A stretch of 64,000 nt of DNA from Balanoglossus misakiensis (lineage: Eukaryota; Animalia; Hemichordata), in NCBI GenBank assembly GCA_040954595.2, contig CM082586.2, forward strand, positions 2,671,124 to 2,735,123. Reading direction: 5' to 3'. Of the stretch, positions 1-11,057 are shown one piece after another (the stretch's first letter is position 1; every line of letters begins with the position of its first letter). Below the pieces are notes generated by a model, which did not search any database, had not been told where the DNA came from, and was given only the letters and a program-made list of their open reading frames with translations. Position numbers and translations under genes: made by a program.

Positions 1-1999
1 ACCCGAACAACTACAACAACTACGAAACATGTTGGTGGCTAGTGAGCGTAGAATTCGGAGGCGTGCTCCAGACTCACTTCACGGACTTTGAAACGGAAGC
101 TGGTTACGACTTCGTTGCTATCGGTCACGGTCCCTTCCCAAATTCAAGTTCAGAAGTTATTAGGGCATCAGGCGTGGGTCTACCTAAAGACTGGCAATCT
201 CCAGGGTCTCAGATATGGATAAAATGGAATACAGATCAAACAAGGGTGTATAGAGGTTGGAATCTCACAATCAGTAACATTGGCGGTAGGCCTACACGTA
301 CTGGTAAGTATTTCACAATTTCACAACAGTGACCCGAACAGTAGCGCACAACACAGAAAGAAACTCGTTCTACCATTCTTATTTGCAGTTTCGATTGCGA
401 CAGAGCGACCCATAACCACACTCACCACGCCACAAGATAGTTCGTGCAAGGGAAAATTATATACGAGTGTTTTAATGGCTAGCAAAGTATTGCATATGAA
501 TACAGATGGAACCAAAGATTCTTCCTTTCTATATTACAGGTTGTTCTGGCACTGAAATTATACACGTACGGCCAGGTAGACCAGTGTCCATCACATCGCC
601 CAACTATCCCCAAAACTACAACAACGATGATGACTGCCAGTGGTTGATCAGTACTGACATAGGAGGCTTTTTGCGAGCTGATTTCACTGATTTTGCCACA
701 GAATTACGATATGACAATGTTACTATTGGATACGGTTCAGATCCTGACAATTTAAGCACATTAGCTGTTAGGAGAACAGGTTATAACACCCCACGCCCCT
801 GGCATTCTCCAGGATTTCAGATGTGGATGAAATGGAAATCGGACGGGTCAGTGACCAAAAGAGGTTGGAATGTCACCATAAGTCACACAGGTAAATAATT
901 TGGAAACAGAGAAATCCAGTGCGATTCCAAGATAGGTTCATTAAATTAGCTTTCTGGTGGGTTTATAAAATTAATGTACATGTGCATGCCATGAAGACAT
1001 GTTAGACCTCTGACTGCGGCAGATATAAATATTTGATGGGAACAAAAAAAATTATATTAATAGACGGGTCATCCACCGTTTATCCAGTATTATAGAGAAA
1101 AAAATAGTATATAGAAAGAACGGGAAAAATTTGTCTCCGAGTAGCGTAAGTGTACTTCCTGAATGTATTCTTAATGTGTGCTGCCTTCTCTCATTTTAAC
1201 TTTTAACTGTAAAACCGATCACGACGGACCAACCCACAACCACACGCACCACGGCACCAGTTAGTTCGTGCGAGGGGAAATTCGAGTGTTTCAATGGCTG
1301 GCAGTGTATTCCATATGAATACAGGTGTGATGGAACCGAAGATTGTTTAGATGGGAGTGATGAACTATGCTACGGTAAGTTGACCAGTCTTACTAGGGTC
1401 GTCGAGCGCCCTCATTTAAAGGCCCTCAACGAACCTCGCTTACAACAAGATGTTTGATTTTGATTACAGACTGCCCCGGTCCAAACTACATCAACGTCCA
1501 GCATGGCGAAACAATCATCGTGACGTCACCGAACTACCCTAACAACTACAACAACGACGATTTTTGCATGTGGATTGTCATGACTGACGCGGGTGGCTTT
1601 CTCCAGACCCAATTCCTTGAGGTTCTCACTGAAGTTAGTTTCGACATTGTCGAAATTGGCCACGGAATATATCCCGGTGACGTGGGTACAGTGTCGGTCT
1701 GGACATCAGGTCATGACGTTCCCGATGACTGGCAGTCGCCAGGAAATGGTATGTGGATAAAATGGCAGTCAGATGGTTCAGTCACCGAGAAAGGATGGAA
1801 ACTGAGTATCAGCGGCCATGGGGGAGGTGAGTAAAGTCAGCTATTAAGTGAGTGATGAAAAACTCAATTTCAAGATGGCGGATTTTTGTATAGGCCTATT
1901 ACAGTGTAGTACGATCTCTACCATTTAGTACTGTATGTTTAACGTGCATTTCTACCTTCTATGTTTTCAGAGATAGAGAACACTTCCTCTTGGCCATGA
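1..1999 (+). CDS. 3' part of a multi-CUB / LDL-receptor class A domain protein (no TM in the visible C-terminus); gene begins upstream of the window
   Basis: Phase-1 exons: <1-303 (CUB, YPNNYNNYETCWW...GWNLTIS), 540-890 (CUB, SPNYPQNYNNDDDCQW...SDGSVTKRGW), 1213 or 1261-1374 (LDLa, CEGKFECFNGWQCIPYEYRCDGTEDCLDGSDELC), 1470-1826 (CUB), 1971-1999 (EIENTSSWP*). GT/AG sites were checked and the frame is continuous. AATAAA occurs at about 2463. Confidence 0.85.
389..520 (+). pseudogene. Degenerate LDLa pseudo-exon, a paralogous copy of the exon at 1213-1374
   Basis: It has a good acceptor (ttcttatttgcag) and a Thr/Pro linker followed by SSCKGK. Relative to the intact copy it has a 5-bp insertion, TGG>TAG, a 5-bp deletion, and it lacks the 3' end and splice donor. 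Confidence 0.8.
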
Positions 2000-2822
2000 A
2001 ACACCATTCATCAAAACGAGATGCTTCTGAATACCAAGTGGCATAGGATCTTCTCCAGAGAAGTTTACAACTTCATAACGTCATCCAGATAACGCTTGAA
2101 ATGTAATCCTTAACTATAATTCATACTTTTATACTAAACTGTCCCTTCATTTATTTTACCAATAACCTTTTGAAAGGTTTAACAAACAAAATGTATTCTT
2201 GTAGACGTAATCTTGGTATAACTTCATGTACTGAATTACATTTGGTTGATTGAAATTAATGTTAACACAGACAACCACATCAGTACCACAGTAAGACAAA
2301 GGACGATGTCACTACGATTTTAGGACTGAATATGCTATTGGAAATTATACTACATGTATTACTTTTTTTCTTGGAAAATATACTCGATTCATACGGCGTA
2401 TATAGGTTCGCAATTAGTTAGTTTTGGAGATTAGGAGGATGTTTGTCATTTTCAGTAGATTCAATAAAGCATGTTGGAACTGGTTCATGTCCAATAGCGT
2501 AACTTTGTTGTTGTGTGTGTGTGTATGTGTATGTTGTTTGTTTGTTTGTACAGGATCTGCGTCTTGAAGAGAAATTATAGGTCATGTTTCATAAAAACAT
2601 ACACGCTCAAGTACTACAAAGATGATGAGAAGTAGTCACGTTGGATAGGTGGCGCTACACCAGCATGAGGTCATGCAGATTTTCAGATGGTGCAACAGGT
2701 GGCATCGTTGCGATGAAGACAAAGAACCCTGTTTGCCTTTGTTGTCGAACCCAGGTGCGTCAGATCTTGGTCGCCTATAATTACCGTTCACAAAAGTAGA
2801 TGGCGTGCATTCGTGATCAACT

Positions 2823-3938
2823 TCACGTGACAGTTGAGGCCACGACCGAGACTTGCGTCGCCTGTGTTGTTGACGCGTTCGTCCTGTTCGTTAACGTCAT
2901 CACCGTTGTCTCCGGGGCCACCTTCGACTTCCGGAAGAAACACGGGAAGAACTTCACGAACTCTTTCCGGAAATTCTCGTTGAAGTAAGCGTACAGGACG
3001 GGGTTGATGCAGCTGTTACAGAAGGACAGCATGATGGTCACGTTGGCAGGGGTGTTCGAAAACAGCAGGGCGTGAAAAGGTGGGTTTGTCTCGTGTGAGT
3101 AATATATTTGCAGGGAGTACAAGGGTCCCCATGTGACTGCAAACTGAACGACAACAAAACTCAACATCTTCACCGCTTTCTTCTTATTGCGGCTCGAGGA
3201 ATTGGTCGGGGATTTTCCAAACCATAATGTTTTGATCATGATGCCATACAGGATACCTAGTATGAGTAGGGGTATGGCGTAGAGAACGAAGAAATATTCA
3301 ACTCGCAACCATTTGTCGATGTCGTCATCCAGAGGTGCGCAGACCTTAGCCAGCACCAGGGTTACGTTGCCAACAGTCGCTGTGCGAGTTACTATCCCTA
3401 AGTTCGCGTGGACTTGAATGGAAAACAGGGAACAGGCGAGCCAGACAAGGCCACAGCATAAGACGGCTTGCCGAACCGTGATTTTGGGCTTGAGTGGATG
3501 GACGATGGCCCTGTATCGGTCAGCGCCGATGCATATCAAGGAGAACGTGGTACCACAGAGGGCGCAACTGTGTAGGAAGGAGGTGAAGAAGCAGAGCCCT
3601 GGGTCGCTCATCGTCCTTCCGTACGCGAAGTCGGCGATGTGAATCGGCACGAAGGCGATGCCGATAATGAGGTCCGATATAGACAGCGACACGATGAACA
3701 CATTGGTGGCAGAGTTCCTCAGTTTAGGCTGGCGGATCACTGCCATGACGACCCACAGGTTGCCGGTGATAATCAGAACCATGAATATGACGCTGATGAT
3801 GGTGGTTGCCAAGGGAGGCGTGTTCATCCTGGCGATAGCGGCAGAGAACGACATCCTCCATTGCAAGTGCAATTCTTCTTCGCTTGGTCCCGGAGCTTGT
3901 GTGACGTTACCGACTGTGCTAGTTATGAAGTCAGTCAT
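2823..3938 (-). CDS. Rhodopsin-family (class A) GPCR, neuropeptide-receptor-like, 371 aa, single coding exon
   Basis: Seven hydrophobic segments with GN in TM1, LSISD in TM2, DRY (GADRYRAIVHP), TWGP in TM6, and NPxxY plus helix 8 (NPVLYAYFNENFRKEF). N-terminal NVT sequon. A splice acceptor (tttttttcag) lies 12 nt upstream of the ATG, implying a 5'UTR intron. Confidence 0.95.
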   Translation of the reverse strand: MTDFITSTVGNVTQAPGPSEEELHLQWRMSFSAAIARMNTPPLATTIISVIFMVLIITGNLWVVMAVIRQPKLRNSATNVFIVSLSISDLIIGIAFVPIHIADFAYGRTMSDPGLCFFTSFLHSCALCGTTFSLICIGADRYRAIVHPLKPKITVRQAVLCCGLVWLACSLFSIQVHANLGIVTRTATVGNVTLVLAKVCAPLDDDIDKWLRVEYFFVLYAIPLLILGILYGIMIKTLWFGKSPTNSSSRNKKKAVKMLSFVVVQFAVTWGPLYSLQIYYSHETNPPFHALLFSNTPANVTIMLSFCNSCINPVLYAYFNENFRKEFVKFFPCFFRKSKVAPETTVMTLTNRTNASTTQATQVSVVASTVT

Positions 3939-6900
3939 TTTTACCGGACACTGAAAAAAAATGATAGTTCATAAGTTAAAACCTGGAGTTTTGCCATGTC
4001 GTTTCACGCGCCGTGACGTCAGTGCAGACGCATGCGTATCGTATCTACATTTTGCTACTGGATTACACTTCCTAACCACGTTCCGCAAGTCCCGCCAGCG
4101 CATCCATCTGCTCATATATTTATTTACAGTCGCTCTTGCGTCAAATATCATTTCAGGATAAACAAACGCCAGAATTTGCGCCTTTCCACAAGTCTGTATT
4201 GTGCCACGAAACACACGCATTATCTTCCCAGCACATCAAACAAGCAGCTGTTCCAACATCAGGACAATTAATGACGACAATTAGAAGACTCTTATGCGTC
4301 TATTGGTTTTTGCCTTCGCGTAGAGCACTCTACTAATGCGTTCGTGACACTCCGAATTATTGAGCTATTGCAAAACTTTCTTTACAGTACACTTCACAGA
4401 AAACTCAATTTACTTACATTCCAGCAACTTCAAAGTGGACTTGCTTTTAAGTTGTGAAACTGGCGACAATTGATGGTTTTCCTTCCTTATTCAATCTCAA
4501 GCCCCGTCTGGAAGAAAAAGCGTGTCGTGTGCAATATGTTACCTTTATAAATGCGTATCGTGTTGAGGGAACTGGCATTAGTGGATGGCGTTGAAATAAC
4601 ATGACAACAATATTTTGGTTTGGGAGTCAATTCGAGACACCCTTGTCAATTCTTGTTCTTGTCATTATCAAAACACATCTTATTATGCCTAATGAGAAGT
4701 TGAGTGTTCGTTGGACCAGCAGTTATCCGCTGAAACATCTAACTCCATTCAATTCATCCGTTTGTTCAGTTTGGATTTAAATATATTTTCTAAAAATAAA
4801 TCCTGATCATTAATACAAGTGCTACGACGCATGATGATTTCCAATGGTGTACTCTAATGGAACACTTGTAGAGGCACTTCCCCACACAAGCTCTGTAATT
4901 AACTCATTTCTCGGAAATGCGAGAATTGAGTATTCCGATACCATTCTCAAGCTACGCGTGTCACTGCTCAAATTGAATCGCCAAACTAGCACTTCTTCAG
5001 ATAAAAAAACACGCCATCCAAGCATTCAAGTCGATAAATTGTGAGTGGTTTGTTTTTCAATCATTAATGAGGCCATCACGTAGGGCCATACTCGTGACTA
5101 GCATCATCAGTGAAGTAACCAAGTTTTATGGAAGAAAGGATGTACATGACTGTATGCATGTCGCTTACCGTCTAATTTCTATCGCTGTCTAACTTCCACT
5201 AGATTAAGAGTTATTGGCAAGTCTTTGTAGCTATCTGATAATTGTACAGCCTATCTAATGATTGTTATTCGCGTCCTGATAGGCGAAGTTCCGTCGGGAA
5301 AATCCATTGCGCGCAATCAACAAACCCCGCGACCCGCGTAACACGTTTTACCACTTTACGTGACAAATCAAGAGAATTGCGTTATCTCCATCGGCGGCGC
5401 AGTAATTTACAAATAGCTTCTTCCTGTCTCAATGCTCACGAGATTGGAAGATAAAATTAAACGTTTAACAATTTAACTTGTCCCTTGGTCTATCATAATG
5501 ATTTCATACTGTCCAAACTGACATCATGTGGGTTAGGTACTTAATGTGCTTTTGCTTATGTTCCCAGGAGAGCAACAATGGCCAGATATATTTTGTCTGA
5601 AATCCCGCATCGATATAAATCAAGATCTCAAGGTCAGTACAATCCAGCTGTAATTTTGCGAACGATTTAACGCAGAATAGTTTGACCCTATTAACGCTAA
5701 TATTTCAATATTCTTACAACATGTACAAAACTAACTGGATTCTCTGATATACTCCCTAAAATACGCTGAAATCTGCCAAATTAATACAAAGTTCAAGGCT
5801 CCCCTGCTCTTGGTCAGGTACATGACGCAAATCTACCACTACATCGTGAACTGAACCCATGATAACAAAAAGCCTCTTAAATATCATAGTTATTGTTAAT
5901 TCTATGGCGCTATAGTAATCTCATCTGTTAAACAAGGCACATTTCTTTATGAGCGGCAACAGATGTCTGCTACAATGACCTTGGTATTCAATATAGATAG
6001 CCACCATTCTTTGGATTGGCCTTGCAACCCTACATATAGTTATATGAACGTCATAGATTGAGCTGAAGTTCTAATCCCTATGTATTACAAGTATGGCTAT
6101 TTAATATATAAGTAAACGAGTTACTCTTTGCCAGAATTGTGCCTTCCGTGGTTCAGGGTCTTTGTATCCATCTGAGCATTAATTGATAATCAGGCTATTC
6201 TTACGGAGATTATCAGTTGATGAAGCCATGCATGGTGGAAACTTAGGTCGAATAACATCAGCTTCTTACTTTTGACATTTAAGTTTCACGTCTGTACATT
6301 GCGGATTACCAAAGGATCTGTTCCAAACTGTGTATGCGGACATTACTTTTAGTATATTACCAGCTAGTGATTTTGGCGCCCAACTTCAAGCCCCATAATT
6401 ACCATGGAAATCCGTCCCTTCACGCGCATTATTAAAGGAGCTATGGGCTCGTGAATTTAATCGCCCATTTCCGTGGAAAAGCCGCATTCATGAACTTGAC
6501 ATTCAATCCGTTTTTAAATATCTACCACCAACCTAATTGTATCGGAACTGTCGTCACCACAAATAATAATATTTCTCAACGACGCGTTGAGCTTACCGCA
6601 GTTTTCATATTGCAAGGAACATACTATAAGATTTGGCTACTGTATTACACTCCATCCTTGTTTATAGTCTAGTTTTCGTTCCAAGTAATTGGTAATGTAA
6701 TATCGACTTTGAGATCTGCTCCACATGGAATGGAGTTTAAACTATAAAACCCAATAAGCGCCAAATACAATCAAACTTTGCGTCATACGTTGAAGTAGTT
6801 GGAAACCGCTCATCTTCGTTCATCATTTTATCCCCATAATTGTTCAAAGTAATAATCGAGAGATAATTGGCAAATCTATACCACTCCTCAATGCCGCATG

Positions 6901-8745
6901 AACAGACAAGTTGCACGTAATAAGGAAATAGGTATTTTGCTTCTTCAGAGATATAATTTTTCATCTTTTAATGACTAGGATTGGCTTTTAAGTATCGTTT
7001 AATATCATGATATATTTGCGGGGAATTTTATATGAGAAACCCCGGAATTTATATATTGGTATATAAGAAAAATAATTCCCAAACGTGTGTTGCAGCATGA
7101 ATATTGCAATTACAAAAGCCCCAGCGGTTGTGTTTTTATGCCTTTTTATAAGTTCACAGAATAATATCATTTTGCCTCGAAATTGCATGATTTTTTCAAC
7201 AACACAAGCTGTGTCGGTTATTACACGTCCACCTATTGACGGAGACAACATTCGGTGAATTCATATTCCAACGGAAAATTGAACAGAGACATCATCACAT
7301 AAACTTTCCTGATTAAAATGCGATAACAACGTTACCAGCAATAAATCTTACAGCTCAATATGGAACCGTTGACAACCTTATTTGCCTAGTTACAGACCGG
7401 GTATGTACCTAGCCACGTACTACTTATTAGTTACGTGTAAACACTTTCGGATGGTGGTACCGCAGACCCCACTCATTTCACACTCCCTCATCATTCAATT
7501 CGCCCACATCTTCCTAGGATATTTTCGTTTCCCACACCAGAAGAATGCCTTCGGGTGGCACAAATGTGGCGCAAAATTAAAACGCTGTAGTTTACAGAAT
7601 TTTGTTCCGTTTGTTTACATTCAATACTTTGTGTAAATCACAAGCCATAACGAAACGGTGACCTTATATCTGATGTTTTGTGTTCATCATTTTTCTCATA
7701 ATATTGTGTTAGTATTACAGCTGGTTCGTCAACAAACCGACTGATATTTTAATTTGATTCTATTGTATAATTTGCTTGCTCTGTCCTTGGATAAATATTC
7801 AATCTGGTGTGCCATAACATATTTCCTTTCTCTATTTTTAATATGATAAGAGTATTTGTGTACTTTGCTAGCAAAAATGTTTAATAACGATGGTCGAATA
7901 CAAGCGCTTATTATTCTCGTTCTTACCGTTTCGTTGCAAAGAAGCCGGTACTTATTATACTTTCAACTATTACCCCTTATTCCTGCAATACGTGTTTGCT
8001 TTCAATAATGTTCATCGCAAAAACCTGTACAGATTAACTCTCGCAGATTAAATATTTGGTTAACCTTGTTGTTGTTAAGATAACAAATAATTTTCCCTGT
8101 AGTTAAAATGGAAACAAACTATTATTTTGATGTAACGGTTCTGTCAATTTATGATGGTTGATTTTAAAACTCTGTTAAAAAGCTGTCGTGTTTTGATTTC
8201 AATATACCCTCCTGATTCGCTTGTCGTCTTGTATCAAACGTGGCGTCTTGCGCGCCGCGTCGATGACGTTGAACTTGTACGATATGGAAAGTGCAACCTC
8301 TCAAGATGGGAGAGGTGGGGGATAAAAGAACGTTTAGCTCAAGATCGAACTGTTGATACGCTAGAAATGCACGCAACCGCAAAAATGATAGCGCTTACTC
8401 GTTAAAATGGGCAGGGTGGCTATCAGAATACACTTCGAATGACTTTCCCACCAACACATCGATATACTCGCAAGTTGTACTACTGTGAACAGAAAATCAC
8501 AGAAACCCTTCGCAATAAATCCAACATTTACATAAAAATGAACATCAATTTAAACTGGACATATTTGATTTCTCGCTAACGAACAAAGATATGCCTCCAT
8601 GTGAATACATACCTGTAACCGTCTTGAAATTAGATTCTTCAACTTCAAGCTAACTCTCAAATCGACCACTGAAGAGAGATGCTAGGAACAATCTGGTCGA
8701 CGACGGCACAAACTCACGCAATTTACAAAACACCCGACACGAAAT

Positions 8746-8778
8746 CACGTGGCTTCCGGTTGCCACGGCAACCCCGGT
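8746..8778. promoter_or_regulatory. Motif cluster: E-box CACGTG, Ets-like CTTCCGG and near-consensus RFX X-box GTTGCCACGGCAAC
   Basis: The X-box at 8759-8772 is one mismatch from GTTGCCATGGCAAC. The context is CpG-rich. A minus-strand donor CAG|GTATGT lies at about 8612. Confidence 0.4.
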
Positions 8779-9161
8779 ATGATTTGCTCCCGGGATATGC
8801 GTGAATAGATAATATCCGTTAAACTCAACGAGCTGACATCTATGATTTTCTCGTTTGGCGAAACGACATGCATTCATTCCGTTTGAGTTGGTTTCCTATT
8901 CGTTGGTTTTTGGTGCCCTGGAGTCTTTCGAGTTCAAGAAAGCTACATCGCTGACTCTTTCCGATGCTATGTACAATCCATTCTGTCTGATGTTTGGTGC
9001 ACACGGTCTAAAGAAACGTACCGTCAATAGTCATTTAGTATTGTGACGGGATATTTGTGTTGTAAACGTTCAAATATATGCCTGCATGAACCCTGAACTT
9101 CGTATGACAAAATTAATCGCGGTCATGTTCTTTATCGCCCTCTACTTTTTACCTCATTATC

Positions 9162-9163
<2 letters not shown>

Positions 9164-9208
<45 letters not shown>

Positions 9209-9270
9209 GGCTGTCTGTCTGGCTGACTGTCTCTCCCTCTGTCTCTCTATCTGTCTCTCTCTCCCTCTCT
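9164..9270. repeat. (TGTC)n microsatellite grading into a (CT)n-rich tract
   Basis: About 11 perfect TGTC units followed by degenerate units. Confidence 0.95.
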
Positions 9271-10992
9271 CAAAATAACATAATGAAGACGTATTTGGAG
9301 TCGTGGTTCCGACTATTTTCATTGGCGATGGTTTAAGTAGCTTTCGTCTTTCCACGCTTTCCTTAAAATTCTGAAAGCACGCGGACGGGAAACAAAGAAT
9401 TTAATACAACAGGCCACCACTGTCGAGTATAAATATAACTTGTGTCTGTTGCCCTTACTCGTAAATCTCATCCATCTACAATTATCTGAAATTGTCCATG
9501 AGATTCTATTTGTCGTTTCCCGTTTTTTCTAGCACCCCGTTGAGTGATGTATAGACACCACGTGACAAACATACGGAATTGACTTCTCCTTCTAGCTCGC
9601 CCTGTCGCGGAAAACGTACTTTAAGTCACGTGGGTTGCTGCCTGACATTGTAATGACCTTGGAGAAGCAGGGCGCAGGACGCGGGGAGTGCACATGTCAT
9701 ACGTCACGTCCCTTCAAGGCGTACTTTCTGCAGTAATGTGGTACTGCCTAACCTCCAGCAAAGGTTTTAAGGATACTCTCTGGTGATATTTAATTACGAA
9801 TTTCAAATTGCTTTTTGGATCGTGAAATTACTTTGTTCCTGTGTGCCTCAGAACGCACGACCATCACGATGTAACCTCCGCGATTAAGAACCGCTCGACC
9901 CCAAGTTTCATCAACGTTGACTTGTAAGGGGCTCTACAGGCCCATTGAATGCCCGTAATATCGCTGTCATTGCAAACGTTTCTCGAGTCAGGCTTACATT
10001 TGAACCCTTTTACATGGCATGTTATGTCTAATGAAGTTCCGATTACGCGGGGAAATTGGTGCATCTCGACATTTTGGACACGGAATACGTTCACATTGTA
10101 GTCAGTCAGTGTAATTATCAGCGATTGCTGGCCATAATCACCTATCTATCAGTCGATGGTTTCTTTGAAGCATGAAGAATAGACAACAGTGCCCGATGCT
10201 CCCTATACACACAAGAATAACCAGATTATCTTGTTCAAAGGTGGCATAAAGCAAAGCATAATTGCAGTGGGGACGAAGTAGGCACATAGGTATACACAAC
10301 ATTAGAGAGTATTTTGTCTGGGTGCACAGAAATCGATGCCCTCAAAATTGTACAGGCGCCTCTTCACGACAACCTGGCGCTCAGATTGGCGACTGTTGGG
10401 GCAATGACCGGATACATTCGAAATCAGTAAATCACCTCTCCATTAAACTGTCACCGCAATTGCATCATAAACGTGTACTGTACAGAAAGGAAGTGCACTT
10501 TCGTCGATTTTGGCCCAGACGAACCTTTTTATATAAAACACCGCAATCCAGGGATGATTCGTTTTGCTAATCGTGATTGCTTGATTGGAAACATCCCTAC
10601 GGTAATGGGAGGCTGTCACTAACGTATGATATGATCACTTTCATGTCAGTGTTGTAAAGAATTGTTAAGCAACGCAAATCGTCTGAACACATCGCCAAAA
10701 GCGCACTCAATTAGCAAAAATCGACAAACCGCCATTCAAATCATAGTATTGTGCGGTTTGACAGTTTTGCTCGGTAAAGGCTCGTCCTCGGGGAAATTTT
10801 CATCAGAAACATTGCAGAAAAAATACTGTGTGGTTAATTGGAAGAAACTACCTGTACATTACAGGTAATAATTGCAAATACAGATAGTACGGTGGCCCGT
10901 ATTATCACCTACTCAGAAAGATAAACATCATTTGTTTTTATTCTGTATGTCACCCAGGTAACAAGGCAACCAAGGCAGCAACGTTTGAGACA

Positions 10993-11057
10993 ACCTGGTG
11001 AACCAATCACAGCCGTGGTAACATGACCTGGTGGACCAATTACAACCGTGGTAACAT
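10993..11057. repeat. Two-copy 33-bp tandem repeat containing CCAAT
   Basis: acctggtgaaccaatcacagccgtggtaacat followed by acctggtggaccaattacaaccgtggtaacat. Confidence 0.85.
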
